Assembly (NCBI RefSeq): GCF_009914755.1
Contig: NC_060929.1
Origin: the human T2T-CHM13v2.0 reference genome, Homo sapiens
Direction: 5' to 3' (one strand)
Length of the DNA stretch: 64,000 nucleotides
Position 1 is the first letter of the stretch. Each line of letters opens with the position of its first letter. The notes beneath the pieces are model-generated. The model had not been told where the DNA came from and made no database searches. It worked only from the letters and a program-made list of their open reading frames with translations. This document shows positions 13,890 through 30,932 of this stretch, in pieces. A program made the translations under genes and the position numbers.

Positions 13890-14920
13890 ATTAGATAAAG
13901 ATTATTTTCAACAGATTTTTTTCCAAAATGATTGCTGTATTTTCATAATAGTAATTATTTCTCTTGTACTATGACATTTTTATTTTTGAAATTTTTTATA
14001 TTGAGTTATCCTTAACTTGGGGTAGTAAGTCTATGAGTTACTTTTCATAAAGGGGAAGTGAGCGTTTTCCACAAACATAGGTGAAAAAACACATTTCGTG
14101 AGTGAAAAATTTGACTCTTAGGTATACAGTTTGTGGGTTACAATCTTTCCCTTTACTACACTATAAACATTATTTTATTGTAGCCAGCTCTCTAGATTTT
14201 TTTTTAAAAGAAAAGTGCAAGGTCAGTCTGTTTTTTATTTCTTTTATATAGCATGTTGTTTTTAACATTTTCATTTTTTATTTGAAACATTTTAAATTTA
14301 TTCTTAAAATTAACACAATATTGAACATGTTTATATATCATTATTTTTACTCATCTTTTTTTAAACATTGTAAGTCATTCATCTGTCCCAATTTTGTCAT
14401 CAACTCAGAGAAGATTTCTTCTCTTATTTTTGTAATTACTACCACCCCATTTGTTTACATTTTTTTTCTTCTGGACTTCCAATTATACAAACCTTTGATC
14501 TTTTTATTATTTTCTGTATTTTTCCTTTTATCATTTTATTCCCTTATGATTTTCTTTAAATCTTTAAAGAAAACCTTGAACTTGTCTCCTACTATACTAA
14601 TTGGTTATTTTATAATAGCCAGTTCTATATTTTCTTTCATTTTCTTAAATTGCTTTCATACAATTTAAAATTTTCCATTAGATTTTTCCATTTATGTGCA
14701 GTTTTACATGACCTCACATATATGTAGATTTTTATTATGACTACCTGATCTAGTTTCATGGACAAAATATTCTTTTGATACCTGTCAAAAACTCAAATTA
14801 AAATATTTAAAAAATATTGATACTAATTTAGTAGTTTCCTAAATTTCTTAGCCAGGAAATCATTATTTCTGATTGTGCCAAGTGAAATTTCATTTAAACT
14901 GCATCATATTCTTAGTGATT
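13890..14920 (-). mobile_element. Ancient L1M/HAL1-like remnant, left part (interrupted by the L1PA2/3)
   Basis: T-rich degenerate antisense ORF1-type sequence; appears to resume after 21317. Confidence 0.45.
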
Positions 14921-15166
14921 TTAAGGTTCTTTTCTTTTTTTAAGTTTTTTTTTCTTTTATTATTATACTTTAAGTTTTAGGGTACATGTGCACATTGTGC
15001 AGGTTAGTTACATATGTATACATGTGCCATGCTGGTGTGCTGCACCCACTAACTTGTCATCTAGCATTAGGTGTATCTCCCAATGCTATCCCTCCCCTCT
15101 CCCCCCACCCCACAACAGTCCCCAGAGTGTGATGTTCCCCTTCCTGTGTCCATGTGATCTCATTGT

Positions 15167-19311
<4,145 letters not shown>

Positions 19312-19374
19312 TATGATGTTAGCTGGTGATTTTGCTCGTTAGTTGATGCAGTTTCTTCCTAGTCTCGATGGTCT

Positions 19375-20390
19375 TTACATTTTGGCATGATTTTGCAGCG
19401 GCTGGTACCGGTTGTTCCTTTCCATGTTTAGCGCTTCCTTCAGGAGCTCTTTTAGGGCAGGCCTAGTGGTGACAAAATCTCTCAGCATTTGCTTGTCTGT
19501 AAAGTATTTTATTTCTCCTTCACTTATGAAGCTTAGTTTGGCTGGATATGAAATTCTGGGTTGAAAATTCTTTTCTTTAAGAATGTTGAATATTGGCCCC
19601 CACTCTCTTCTGGCTTGTAGGGTTTCTGCCGAGAGATCAGCTGTTAGTCTGATGGGCTTCCCTTTGAGGTAACCCGACCTTTCTCTCTGGCTGCCCTTAA
19701 CATTTTTTCCTTCATTTCAACTTTGGTGAATCTGACAATTATGTGTCTTGGAGTTGGTCTTCTCAAGCAGTATCTTTGTGGCGTTCTCTGTATTTCCTGA
19801 ATCTGAACGTTGGCCTGCCTTGCTAGATTGGGGAAGTTCTCCTGGATAATATCCTGCAGAGTGTTTTCCAACTTGGTTCCATTCTCCCCATCACTTTCAG
19901 GTACACCAATCAGACGTAGATTTGGTCTTTTCACATAGTCCCATATTTCTTGGAGGCTTTGCTCATTTCTTTTTATTCTTTTTTCTCTAAACTTCCCTTC
20001 TCGCTTCATTTCATTCATTTCATCTTCCATGGCTGATACCCTTTCTTCCAGTTGATCGCATCGGCTCCTGAGGCTTCTGCATTCTTCACGTAGTTCTTGA
20101 GCCTTGGTTTTCAGCTCCATCAGCTCCTTTAAGCACTTCTCTGTATTGGTTATTCTAGTTATACATTCTTCTAAATTTTTTTCAAAGTTTTCAACTTCTT
20201 TGCCTTTGGTTTGAATGTCCTCCTGTAGCTCAGAGTAATTTGATCGTCTGAAGCCTTCTTCTCACAGCTCATCAAAGTCATTCTCCGTCCAGCTTTGTTC
20301 CATTACTGGTGAGGAGCTGCGTTCCTTTGGAGGAGGAGAGGTGCTCTGCTTTTTAGAGTTTCCAGTTCTTCTGTTCTGTTTTTTCCCCAT
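19375..20390 (-). pseudogene. L1 ORF1: Disrupted LINE-1 ORF1
   Basis: MGKKQNRRTGNSK start at 20390; nonsense codon (AGA>TGA) near 20262 and a 1-bp deletion near 19668. Confidence 0.95.
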
Positions 20391-21306
20391 CTTTGTGGTT
20401 TTATCTACTTTTGATCTTTGATGATGGTGATGTACAAATGGGTTTTTGGTGTGGATGTCCTTTCGGTTTGTTAGTTTTCCTTCTAACAGACAGGACCCTC
20501 AGCTGCAGGTCTGTTGGAGTACCCTGCCGTGTGAGGTGTCAGTGTGCCCCTCTTGGGGGGTGCCTCCCAGTTAGGCTGCTTGGGGGTCAGGGGTCAGGCA
20601 ACCACTTGAGGAGGCAGTCTGCCCCTTCTCAGATCTCCAGCTGCTACTGGGAGAACCACTGCTCTCTTCAAAGCTGTCAGACAGGGACATTTAAGTCTGC
20701 AGAGGTTACTGCTTTCTTTTTATTTGTCTGTGCCCTGCCCCCAGATGTGGAGCCTACAGAGGCAGGCAGGCCTCCTTGAGCTGTGGTGGGCTCCACCCAG
20801 TTAGAGCTTCCCTGCTGCTTTGTTTACCTAAGCAAGCCTGGGCAATGGCGGGCGCCCCTCCCCCAGCCTCACTGCTGCCTTGCAGTTTGATCTCAGACTG
20901 CTGTGCTAGCAATCAGCGAGACTCCGTGGGCGGAGGACCCTCCGAGCCAGGTGCCGGATATAATCTCGTGGTGCGACGTTTTTTAAGCCCGTCGGAAAAG
21001 CGCAGTATTCGGGTGGGAGTGGCCTGATTTTCCAGGTGACAACCGTCACCCCTTTGTTTGACTAGGAAAGGGAACTCCCTGACCCCTTGAGCTTCCCGAG
21101 TGAGGCAGTTCTTCACCCTGCTTTGGCTTGCGCATGGTGCGCTGCACCCACTGTCCTGCACCCACTATCTGGCACTCCCTAGTGAGATGAACCCGGTACC
21201 TCATATGGAAATGCAGAAATCACCCGTCTTCTGCGTCGCCCACGCTGGGAGCTGTATAGCTGTATACCGGAGCTGTTCCTATTCGGCCATCTTGGCTCCT
21301 CCCCCC
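20391..21306 (-). promoter_or_regulatory. L1 5'UTR with internal sense promoter, antisense promoter region and YY1 site
   Basis: CpG-containing L1 5'UTR; YY1 motif CAAGATGGCCG intact on the minus strand at 21284-21294. Confidence 0.85.
20845..21027 (+). CDS. ORF0: L1 antisense ORF0, 60 aa (shortened by a premature TGA)
   Basis: MAGAPPPASLLPCSLISDCCASNQRDSVGGGPSEPGAGYNLVVRRFLSPSEKRSIRVGVA matches primate L1 ORF0; ATG in gcaATGg context. Expression unknown. Confidence 0.75.
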   Translation: MAGAPPPASLLPCSLISDCCASNQRDSVGGGPSEPGAGYNLVVRRFLSPSEKRSIRVGVA

Positions 21307-21317
21307 TAAGATTCTTT

Positions 21318-22047
21318 ACTTATCCTTACAGAAGGAGGTTTACTTTTGTCTACATTGGCAGATAAAGTGAGTTTGGTAAGACATCCCTGTCCATTTCTGA
21401 ATACGTAATGCCTTGATGGAAAATAAAGGTAAAATTTCATGTTAACTGTCCATTACTTTTCCAGGTCAGAAGTCCAGAAGCCAAAATGTGTGTAGGGGTG
21501 GTGTGATGAAGGGAGATGAGACACTGGAGTCAATGTAGTAAGAAATAGTTGCAGTAAAGATCCTTTTCTTTCTTTAGAAGAGTTTCTCTCCATATTTTGT
21601 GTGGCAACCAGTAGTTAGGAACATATAGTGAAGTATATGCCAGAAGATTATGTGGTTTAGACACCCTTCTCAGATTAGTCCTGAAGCCAAGAAAATCTTC
21701 CACAGCTTCTGACAAGTGTTGTCGCTTCATTCAGTTCACCAGCTTTCTCTCTCATTGTGGGGCAGTAGTGGGATACTCCTGCCACTCTCTTGGCTTTTCA
21801 GTCTTTCTTCACAAGTATATTTGAGAAGACATTATTTATCCCTTTATTCCATATTCCTATCTGTGATACATCTCATAGAAATATGGGTTGAAAGCCCAGA
21901 AATTTTTGACGTGTAGGTGTCATCCTTCTGTGGCTTCCATTCCTTATGCTTGATTTTCCAATTTTTAAATTCTGTTTCTCACTTTATGAGTAATTAGGAT
22001 TGAGGGATTCAGGAGGTGCAGTCATATTATCTCTTACCTGGAAGTTA
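21318..22047 (-). mobile_element. Ancient L1M/HAL1-like remnant, right part
   Basis: Ends in tctcttacctggaagt, resembling old L1M/HAL1 5' termini. Confidence 0.35.
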
Positions 22048-23119
22048 TAATGCATTATCATTTTTAGTTAATTTTCCTGTTTAGTCAATTTTATGGTGTT
22101 GTTACAGTGTGACGGATCCATATAGCCTAGTTTCTTTATTTTAGAAACTTAGATTCTACAGTGGTGAAAAAAGACATGTTCCCAGATATGTAATTATTGT
22201 GGTTTTTAAATGGTTTAAAAGATTTTTAAAGTTTTGCATGTTTCTTGGGATGACTCTATCTGCTTAAATTGGAAAATCTAAAACAATAGCAGCAACAAAA
22301 ATCCAATCAGTTCTGAGCTGTGTTAGAATATATTTGGCTGCTAATTTCCCAAGTGTCTAAAATAATGTAAATTTAGAAATAGTTGGAAGTGAGAAAAATA
22401 TTGTTATTAAGTAATACTTCATATATGTAACTATAATTGAATCATTATTTTTTATTTGTGAATTTATTTCTATAAAAAATCTTACAAAGTCATCAACATT
22501 AAATAATGTTTGGTGATAGGTTTAACAAATTTACTTTATTGAAAAGAACAAAATAATGTGAAGTTGACAATGTTTGGTCATGGTGCATGCAGGGATAGCT
22601 TGATTTTTCTTCCTGAACAATCTGATGGGAGCATTTCCAACTTAAAGTGTTTTCCTTCTCATAGCCACATGGTTGTAGACAATTTACACATAGGGATCCT
22701 GGATTTGTTAGTTGAGAAATATGAAGTTCCTCAGTTTCAAACCAATAAGGCAGTTATTCTTTAAAAGAACTATTCTTTGAGCATGGGTAAAAAGAGTGAC
22801 AGAGTTTCTGGGTATTTTTGTGTGAGGTGTCATTGCATGAATTGCCCAGATCCCTGTCATGCTCATGGTGGCTTATCTGAGAATCAGGAAGGCAGGACAT
22901 CATATTCTTTAATAACCAAGAGCTTCCCTTGTTTGAGCTGAGGGCAGCATTCAGCAGTTCTGGGATATTCACTAAATGGAAGTCCTGTCTCTTCTACTTA
23001 TTTCTTTGTTTGTATACTTTATGAAGTGTTATAAAACATGCTTAAGTTGATTGTAGATAAATGAGATTGCCAAAAAGAAAGTGGCCAAAAAATGTATCTA
23101 CCTAGTAATATCTACTGAT

Positions 23120-23125
<6 letters not shown>

Positions 23126-23183
<58 letters not shown>

Positions 23184-23194
23184 TATATATATAT
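23126..23194. repeat. (AT)n microsatellite
   Basis: Directly visible; about 21 pure units followed by interrupted units. Confidence 0.97.
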
Positions 23195-23329
23195 GTTTAT
23201 GTACAGCTGTACACATATTTGCATATGCTTCTTTTGATCACAGTGGGATCATACTAAAATACTGTTTTTGTCTGTTTTAACTCACTAATATATGACATTC
23301 AACTAAATTTTGTTTACTTTGCAGAGGCA

Positions 23330-23520
23330 GTCATTTATTCATGAAACATACTTAATTAGCATGTACTATATATCAAACACCATGCTAGATACTGGAAGAC
23401 ATAGCTAAAGAAGATGCAGCTCCTGCCTGAAGTATTTTACAGTCAAGGAGGAGGAAAAACAATTAGACTAATAGCCATAATTGATATGTTAAGAGCTAGA
23501 ATAGAGGCAGAATATAGGTA
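23330..23520 (-). mobile_element. L2 3' end fragment
   Basis: tcatttattcatgaaacatacttaattagcatgtactatatatcaaacaccatgctagatactgg resembles the L2 tail. Confidence 0.65.
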
Positions 23521-23524
23521 GGAT

Positions 23525-24690
23525 ATTTCTTCAAACCAGAGTACTTGTATTCCCAGAGGTTTGTGAAAAATTTCCATGAGGGCACTTGGACACTAAGATT
23601 ATTTTAAGGCAATTCAGTTGCAATTTCTCAATGCTCATTTGTATTTTTTCTTTCAGTTGAGCTGCGCTAGACTGGTAAAAATGTAGTCAAGGCACATGGG
23701 TAGGGGGAGGCTTAAAGCATAGTCTCTGATCTTCTGTACCTTTCTTGATAGCCTTTTCCTTCACTTTAGAGAAAGGAAAACCTCTCACCCACTGCAATTC
23801 TATAATGTTGCATTGGCCTGGATGCAAAGACCACTAGATTGCCAAACAAAGGGACAATTTGAAATCATCCTATTGATGTTGAGAAAGTGAGTAATGGTAA
23901 TGCCTGAGAACCAAATCCTTTGGCAAGTCAGGTGGTTCCCAGTTCATTGCTTTAAACATCACTGGAGCAGGACCCAAAGGAGTTGTTCACTGAGAGGGGA
24001 TTAAGAATAAGGTGTGGTTGAATATAATCAAGTGATGTTGGCAGATTATTCAAAAATTCAAATAATTGTATGACATGGTTATAACAAAACACCATCCTAC
24101 CCCATCCATAGTATTTATTTAGATGAACAAATTTTCCCAGTCCTGTATCTATACAAATGAAAACTAGATATAGTATTGATGTTTAGCTCTGTTTCAGTCT
24201 AGGAATAAGTAATATTTACCAATGGACATGTGAACAATTAATAACCATAATCAAGAAGTATTTTTAAAACATTTAGAATCTTAAATTTATATAGTAGAGA
24301 TGGATAGAGTGATCCATGAAAGATGTTTAACTATATAATTTTTACATTTCGCTAAAAATTTGCTGGTGATGTTGAATGGAAAATCAAGTCAAAAATAAAG
24401 AAGAATGATGCAAACCTTCCAATTGTAAAAACATGTAGTTGTTCATTTATTCTTCAAATAGATGGTGATTATTAAATTGCTATGGCATTTAGATTATATT
24501 GGATGTTTTTAAAGAATAATGCAATTATATATGTGAAGTGTCAATACTTATAATACACAGAACATAACATCTTTTATAATTACTCAGTTTTTTAAATGAA
24601 AAATTTTAGATGTCTTTGTAAAAATGTGTGAGGGCATACTAAGTTTTTCTAAATTATCTTAGAGTGTGTGCTTAAAAAGTATGGTATAGT
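23525..24690 (+). mobile_element. hAT-Charlie DNA transposon remnant
   Basis: 24080-24220 resembles a decayed hAT dimerisation-domain region (P-x-x-Y-L-x-E-x-x-F-S type); Charlie-like termini. Confidence 0.5.
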
Positions 24691-24754
24691 ACAGTTGCCA
24701 CATGAATAGTTTTTAAGGTAGGAAAAAAGTGGAGGTGAACTCTGAATATGTGAA

Positions 24755-24870
24755 TACCTAGTTCTATGACCTCCAGCAAGTTGCTTAATCTTTTTAAGCC
24801 TTAGGTTTTTCATCAATAAAATAAGTTTACAGTACCTACTCATAAGATTTCCATGAAATTAAAGGTTTAA
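24755..24870 (+). mobile_element. MIR fragment
   Basis: Core gcaagttgcttaatctttttaagccttaggtttttcatcaataaaat. Confidence 0.7.
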
Positions 24871-25559
24871 CAAGAATGGGTATGCTCCACAACAGTGGGA
24901 TTCAAAGAGAATCACACATTGTAAAATATTTTAAAAATATATAAAAAGTTAAATCTGTTTAGATGCCACATTCAATTATTTTTTATTTTCAAATTTTTGG
25001 TGGAGTTGGCAGCAGTACAAAGGGGGAAGATTCTTGTTCCTGGGAGTCATTTAAGAATCCCAAAGGAATAATATAGTTCTGAAAACTTGGACTTGGGTCT
25101 TCGGGATATCAAGGCTGCCACTGAAGTCTTCAAGTTTCAAGCCTACAATAGAATGAAGTATTTCTTCTACTCCTCTTTTTTGCCAAGCATATAATCAAGG
25201 CTCTTTTGATTTGGTTTTCAAAGTTCTGACCCTTACTGTTTTGATCCCATGACATCCACATATATCACCCTCCCCTGACAGACAGCCTACCCCCACTCAA
25301 ACCTGCTGTGTTAGAGGAGAGCATTGGTCCCTGCCGCTTGCTAAAAGGCTATTCTTATCTTCTTTTTCCATCTCAGAGAAGCCACACAAGGGATCAGGTC
25401 ATGTTCTTCTTTATCCGTTGCTTCTCACAGAAAATCTAGCTTAATACCCTTCTATGAATCTACACTCCCCCAGGAGCTTGAGATTTTCTTCAGGGCTCTA
25501 GATTTGGACACAAAAGTTTGGCCATCCTATCTCTAAGGGGATGTGCACAAGAGAATTAT

Positions 25560-26019
25560 CGTAGCAGTCTTGCATCTGCCATTCTTAGAAGGGCCTTCTT
25601 GCAAAGTTGGCACTTGGCTGGTGTTTAGGAAGTTGGATTTTTGGAGTGTTCACTTTTTCTAACTAATGAAAGTGGCTTACTGTGCCTAATGTGTTTGTGC
25701 AAACAGTATGGTTTACTCTGGGCACTTGCTTTACTTCTTCTGAGAGTCTGGGATTTTGGCAGAGGCAGAAGGTGAAACCAGTTCCCAGTAAAACTTTGGG
25801 CACTGAGTCCCTAATGAACTTCCTTGGTAGATAACATTTTATATGTGTTGTCACAATTCAGTGCTGGAGGAATTAAATGTATTCTGTATGATTCCACTGG
25901 GTAAGGACCCTTGAAAATTTGTACCTTGCTTTTGTTTGGAATACAACTCTATGCTGAGTCCTCTGAGGTTTCCTAGTCAGGCACCAAAACTTGAAGTGGT
26001 CTTAGGGCCTGCCTACACA
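25560..26019 (+). mobile_element. ERVL solo LTR, MER68/MER77/MER21-like
   Basis: gggcactgagtccctaatgaacttcc, tatgctgagtcct and a terminal ...ctacaca match this recalled LTR group. Confidence 0.7.
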
Positions 26020-29000
26020 GGGAGGAATATGAAAAATTATCTTTTAATATTTCCTAGACTTTCTAGACCAGTAAAAACAGTATAACTAAGACAAAATTAG
26101 TATCTTAATGAATTATAGAAATTAAAATAAAATGCCAATAATAATTAAACCCAAAGAAAATTCTCCATAGAAGATGACCCTTGGTAGGTCTCAAAGTCGT
26201 GAAGTTTAGTTGTTACGGTATAGTTTAGACAAATTTCTTAGAAGCGGGAACTCTTGAGTCTAGTTTATATCTTCTAGAGATGATCTTTTCTTTACGATAA
26301 TTGAATTCTAAGACCATATCCACGAAGTTATAGTTGAACCTGAAATCCTCCTTTTTCTAGAGAGCCTAGCTGGATGGAAAGATAATACAAGATGTACTTT
26401 TTTATTTTCTTGATTTTTCTCTTTGCTATTTCTCTTGATACAGTTATTTGCTGTTTAAATATTTTGCTAAAAACTGTGTGTGGGTGTGCATGCATGTACC
26501 CCACGACTCAGGAATGAGCACAGTTACAGAAATCCAATGAATAATCCGAGAACTTAAAATAAATTAAAAAGTCCAATAAGTAAATAAAAAAATAAATAAT
26601 GGAAATATTATAAAAACAGTCTCTAGCATTGTTGAATCTGTTTTATGCTTTGCTAACAAGCATAGCAGACTTTTCAAAAATAATACCAAATAGAGCTGAA
26701 AGCAGATGATTGAATATATGGGAATCTTATTAAATTGCATTTTATTTCTTAATCTCGATGGATGAACTGTTGCTCCATCTTGATTTTTCACCGGTGAATG
26801 TCAATACAAAACATTTAATTTTAAGCTGGCAAAATCTGGACAAAATAAACGTCACTACCCTTAGATAGCAACCCAAGTTTTTTTTGTTTTTCTCAGATAA
26901 CTATTTCTCAAAAATCCTGTATTTGTATTTCAAAACAACAGAAATAAAACATATCAAACAAATAAACTTATAGACACCCTGGCACAAAACATTATTGTTT
27001 AGGTATCAGTCATAGAGCTCTTCCAAAATGGTAGAAGACTCTTGGCATTCACAGTCAATGGCTCATCAATAAATCAGCTTGTGGGAAAGTTTAGACTGCC
27101 TTTGAAATAAAAGAAGAAAAAGAGAGATAAGGTTTGATGTACCTTATTTTAAAATCTACGATATGGTCATGTTGGATATAACAGCAACAACAAACCTCAC
27201 CACATTTATCCCACAGAAATCATCATTTTATTGATTGACATCCCTTTGCATATTCTATCTACCAACTCTTGCAACTGAATCTCCGTTTAGTGCTAACAAA
27301 CTGTCAAGCTTTGCTCTCCTTCAGGACTGGGAGTGTGTGACACTGGCCTTCTAGGGACAAGTCAGAAATGCCTCTCTCATATGCCTCATGTAGTTCTTGC
27401 AGAATTAGTTTTTTTTTCTACCAGTGCATATGTGCTCCTGCTCCCTCTTCCTTACCCTTTCATTTTCATCTGAACTTTGTAGACATGATTTTAACAGAGG
27501 GTCTCCATTCTATGAAAAAGTAAATGAGAAACTACTTATGCTGACACTTGTCAAAGAATATGTAAAAAGAAATATTACACTTACTGACATGCTATATAAT
27601 TTTTTTATAGAATTTTTCCCTTGGGTCAGTTTATTTGTTTTATTTGTGGAATGGAAGTAGTTTCTGCTAAGTTTTCTCTTACGTAGGCTTTTTGGCTTTG
27701 TAAATAATAAAAGGGCCTTATTTTTAGTTGCTAATTTTAGAATCTCATCCTGTTAGCCAATTTAAAGGACTGGAATCATTCCCTCTAGCTGTTATTATTT
27801 TTTATTCTCGTTTTTATAAAAATTATCTAGAGGGCTGCCAGGGGCCACCAGAGGTATACAGCTGTGATCCACCCCACCGACTGTTGTCTCTTTTCAGTGA
27901 GGTCTCACTCACTCCCCACAGCCCTCCAAAGGTTCTCTCCTTGCCCCACAGAGGAGAATGAACTGCGACAGGGATGGTGCCCCTCTCATAGGAGCTTCTG
28001 TGTTTTTCTTGTATTATGTCTCAACATCTGTGAGAATTTTCCTAGTAAGGAGCTGTCTCATCTCCTTAGTGTTAACCCTGTATCTCCGTCTTGGATTTTA
28101 ATCTCCCAAGGAGGTTTCCTTCCTCCTGAATTAGTGTCATTAGTTTTTAGTGACCCAATTTTGCCTCTCTTCTTTCAAAAATATGGTCTGCTGATTTGTT
28201 AGTCACCTTCTTGTGACTCTGCCACTCTCTCCATAGCTGTCATCATCTTTATCTATTTACTGCTAAATTTCTCGAATAAATGATTTCTATTAAATCCTCT
28301 GTTAAATGCCTCTATTTTCTTATCATTCACTGTTTTCTTGTTTGTAAATGTCTTAATTTTTGTTGTTTAATGAATGTCTTCTATTATTTTTCCAATGACT
28401 GAATTCTATAGCCCTACCTTTCCATTATTCTGACACTATTTTGTACTTTCTTGGAAATTTCAGTATCTTATGCTCATTTTCCTCTTTGAAATACGACTCC
28501 TTCTCTTTGGATTAGATTTCTCCTACTGCTCCTATATTTCAGTCATTCTTCTATGCTTCAGGACTCTGTTTTCCTTTGTTATATACTAACCCTTCAGAGA
28601 ACTTCCTTATAGTCTTGATTTTGAGTGTTGTTTCTATGTTGATTTTAACTCCTAACAACCTATCCTTAGCCCTGTCCTCTACCCTGAATGGCAGGTCTAA
28701 TGCATCCAGCACAGATACATACATGGTAAGCATGACCCTAGTACAAATTAGGTGACTTATAAAGATAAATACAGCATGGATTTTTATATAAATATTTGTT
28801 AGAAAGGCAAATTTTAGTGCCTAATCTGAGAAATTTTAGTAAAAGAATTACATTATAAATTACATTAAAGGTCAACTTCATCTGGGAACTTTGTCAGAGA
28901 ATAGGACAAAGGGCCACCCACTTTGACTTGAGTCAGAAATTTCTAAGTTACAATGAAATAGCTTCAAGTTCATCTTGTATTAGTTCCAGGATGGGTAAGG

Positions 29001-29026
29001 ATATCAGAGGGAGTAGTACTCCAATT

Positions 29027-29320
<294 letters not shown>

Positions 29321-29589
29321 CTCCAATTTTTTTTAAAGAAGGCATTTTTAAAATTTCCATCAAAGAAATCAGATTTCAAAATGTCTTCCCAGAAATGTGA
29401 AGATAGGGGTGCTATCTTTTGATGTTTACATTTCAAAGAGATATCTCCAAGTACTAAGAATACTAATTTTTTATAGTGATATTGACTCTAAAGAGTTAAT
29501 GTTTATATTGTGTTAAATGTGAAAAGTCATACAAGTAATGGCAAGAATGTATACTTTAAAAATACTAGCGAGTTTTAAACTTTAAGGTT

Positions 29590-30360
29590 TTTCCTTGGTT
29601 TTAGGCATTCTGGGGTTTTACTATGATGTTTCTAGGTGTTAATTTATTTTTATTTATCGTGCTAATGTTTCTTTAGCCTGAGGACTCATGTGTTGGGGGA
29701 GTCGTTTTCCCATGAGCTTTATACTTATTAAATGTGAGCCCATCTTTAGTGTGACTTGCTTTCTTCTGTGAAAACGCCTTGTGGCCTGCATTTTGGAAGC
29801 TTCTCTCCAGAATGGCCCTTCATTTGCTCTGCCAAGCACCCCAGGGATAGCATCAGTTTTACCTTAATTTTTCAGTTTAGAATTTTCTGTACCTCTGAGG
29901 AACTGTACATTTGGCCTCTAGATCCGTGTGAGGTACAGGGCTGGGCTTTCAATTTCCCACCAGAGTGTGTCTTTTTCTTTCCCAGAGAGAAGCTCATTAT
30001 TTCCTTGCCTGCTTTGTTAGAATTTTTTTAGTGCCCCTTTCATGGTAGTAATAGTTCTTGGTGTGTTCTGGCTTACAGCCATGGTGTCAGCTGCAACAGC
30101 TGCAACATTCCTCTTCACATCCTTATCTCTTCATTCTTCCCCTAGAAGCATGGATGTTAACCCTCAGCCCCTAGTGACCACTGGATTTAATCTCTATCTC
30201 TATCCCTCACACTGGGAGTTTAGGATCTCCCTGAGTATTTTGGTAAAGGGAATATCAGGGAGAGACAGTATCATGCAATGGAGGTTTATTATTTCACTCT
30301 TTAAAATAACAGATCTCTTTAACCACAAGGGACAGGTGATCATTCTGTTGATCTAAACTA
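29590..30360 (-). mobile_element. Ancient L1M/HAL1-like fragments
   Basis: ttttactatgatgtttctaggtgt motif of old antisense ORF1 regions; otherwise very degenerate. Confidence 0.35.
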
Positions 30361-30694
30361 GTGTAGGAACCCAAATGTTGAATATGAATTTTTTATGTGG
30401 GCAGCAAGACATCAAAGCACAAGACAGTTATTCATGAGCTTCTCTAACTTCCTTCCTTTCTCACTTTCAGGCTGAAAGAAGTACAGGCCCGGAAGAGAAG
30501 AATTAATAGTCTAAGCATTCAAAATCTAATCTATTTTAGTAGTTCCATAAACTATAAACATACCAAAAGACAACCCTATGCCAGTTTCCTTGGTAGGAAT
30601 AAAATCTGACTTAGAAAAAACAGGAACAATTAGAAAAAGTATGCATTCCATAGGTGGAGTGATAAACATAGGGGTTTGGTTCATAAGTAGCACT

Positions 30695-30932
30695 ACAGCA
30701 TTACTGTTGAAGTCATTGGCTCAGGAACAAGATGCCTAGATTTAAATTTTTATCCCACATTTCAAAAATGGTATGACTTTAGGTAATTAACTTCTCTGTG
30801 CCTTAGCAACTCATCCATAAAAGGGAGATTATAATATGACCTGCCCAAGAGTAGTTGTGAGAATTAAGTTATTGGATGAGAAGTACTAGGAATACCTGAT
30901 ACAAAGCAGGCATATGTAGTATTAGCTATTAT
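30695..30932 (+). mobile_element. MIR
   Basis: tgactttaggtaattaacttctctgtgcc core, gttgtgagaattaa and a tagctattat end. Confidence 0.8.

Noticed and set aside
14282-14668. 128-aa hydrophobic, membrane-protein-like ORF
   Set aside because: It reflects T-rich decayed antisense LINE sequence, starts at a non-ATG codon and has no family motif.
26990-27150. Strong minus-strand polypyrimidine acceptor near 27090
   Set aside because: All frames close shortly after it, and the nearby upstream donor would give an intron of only about 43 nt.
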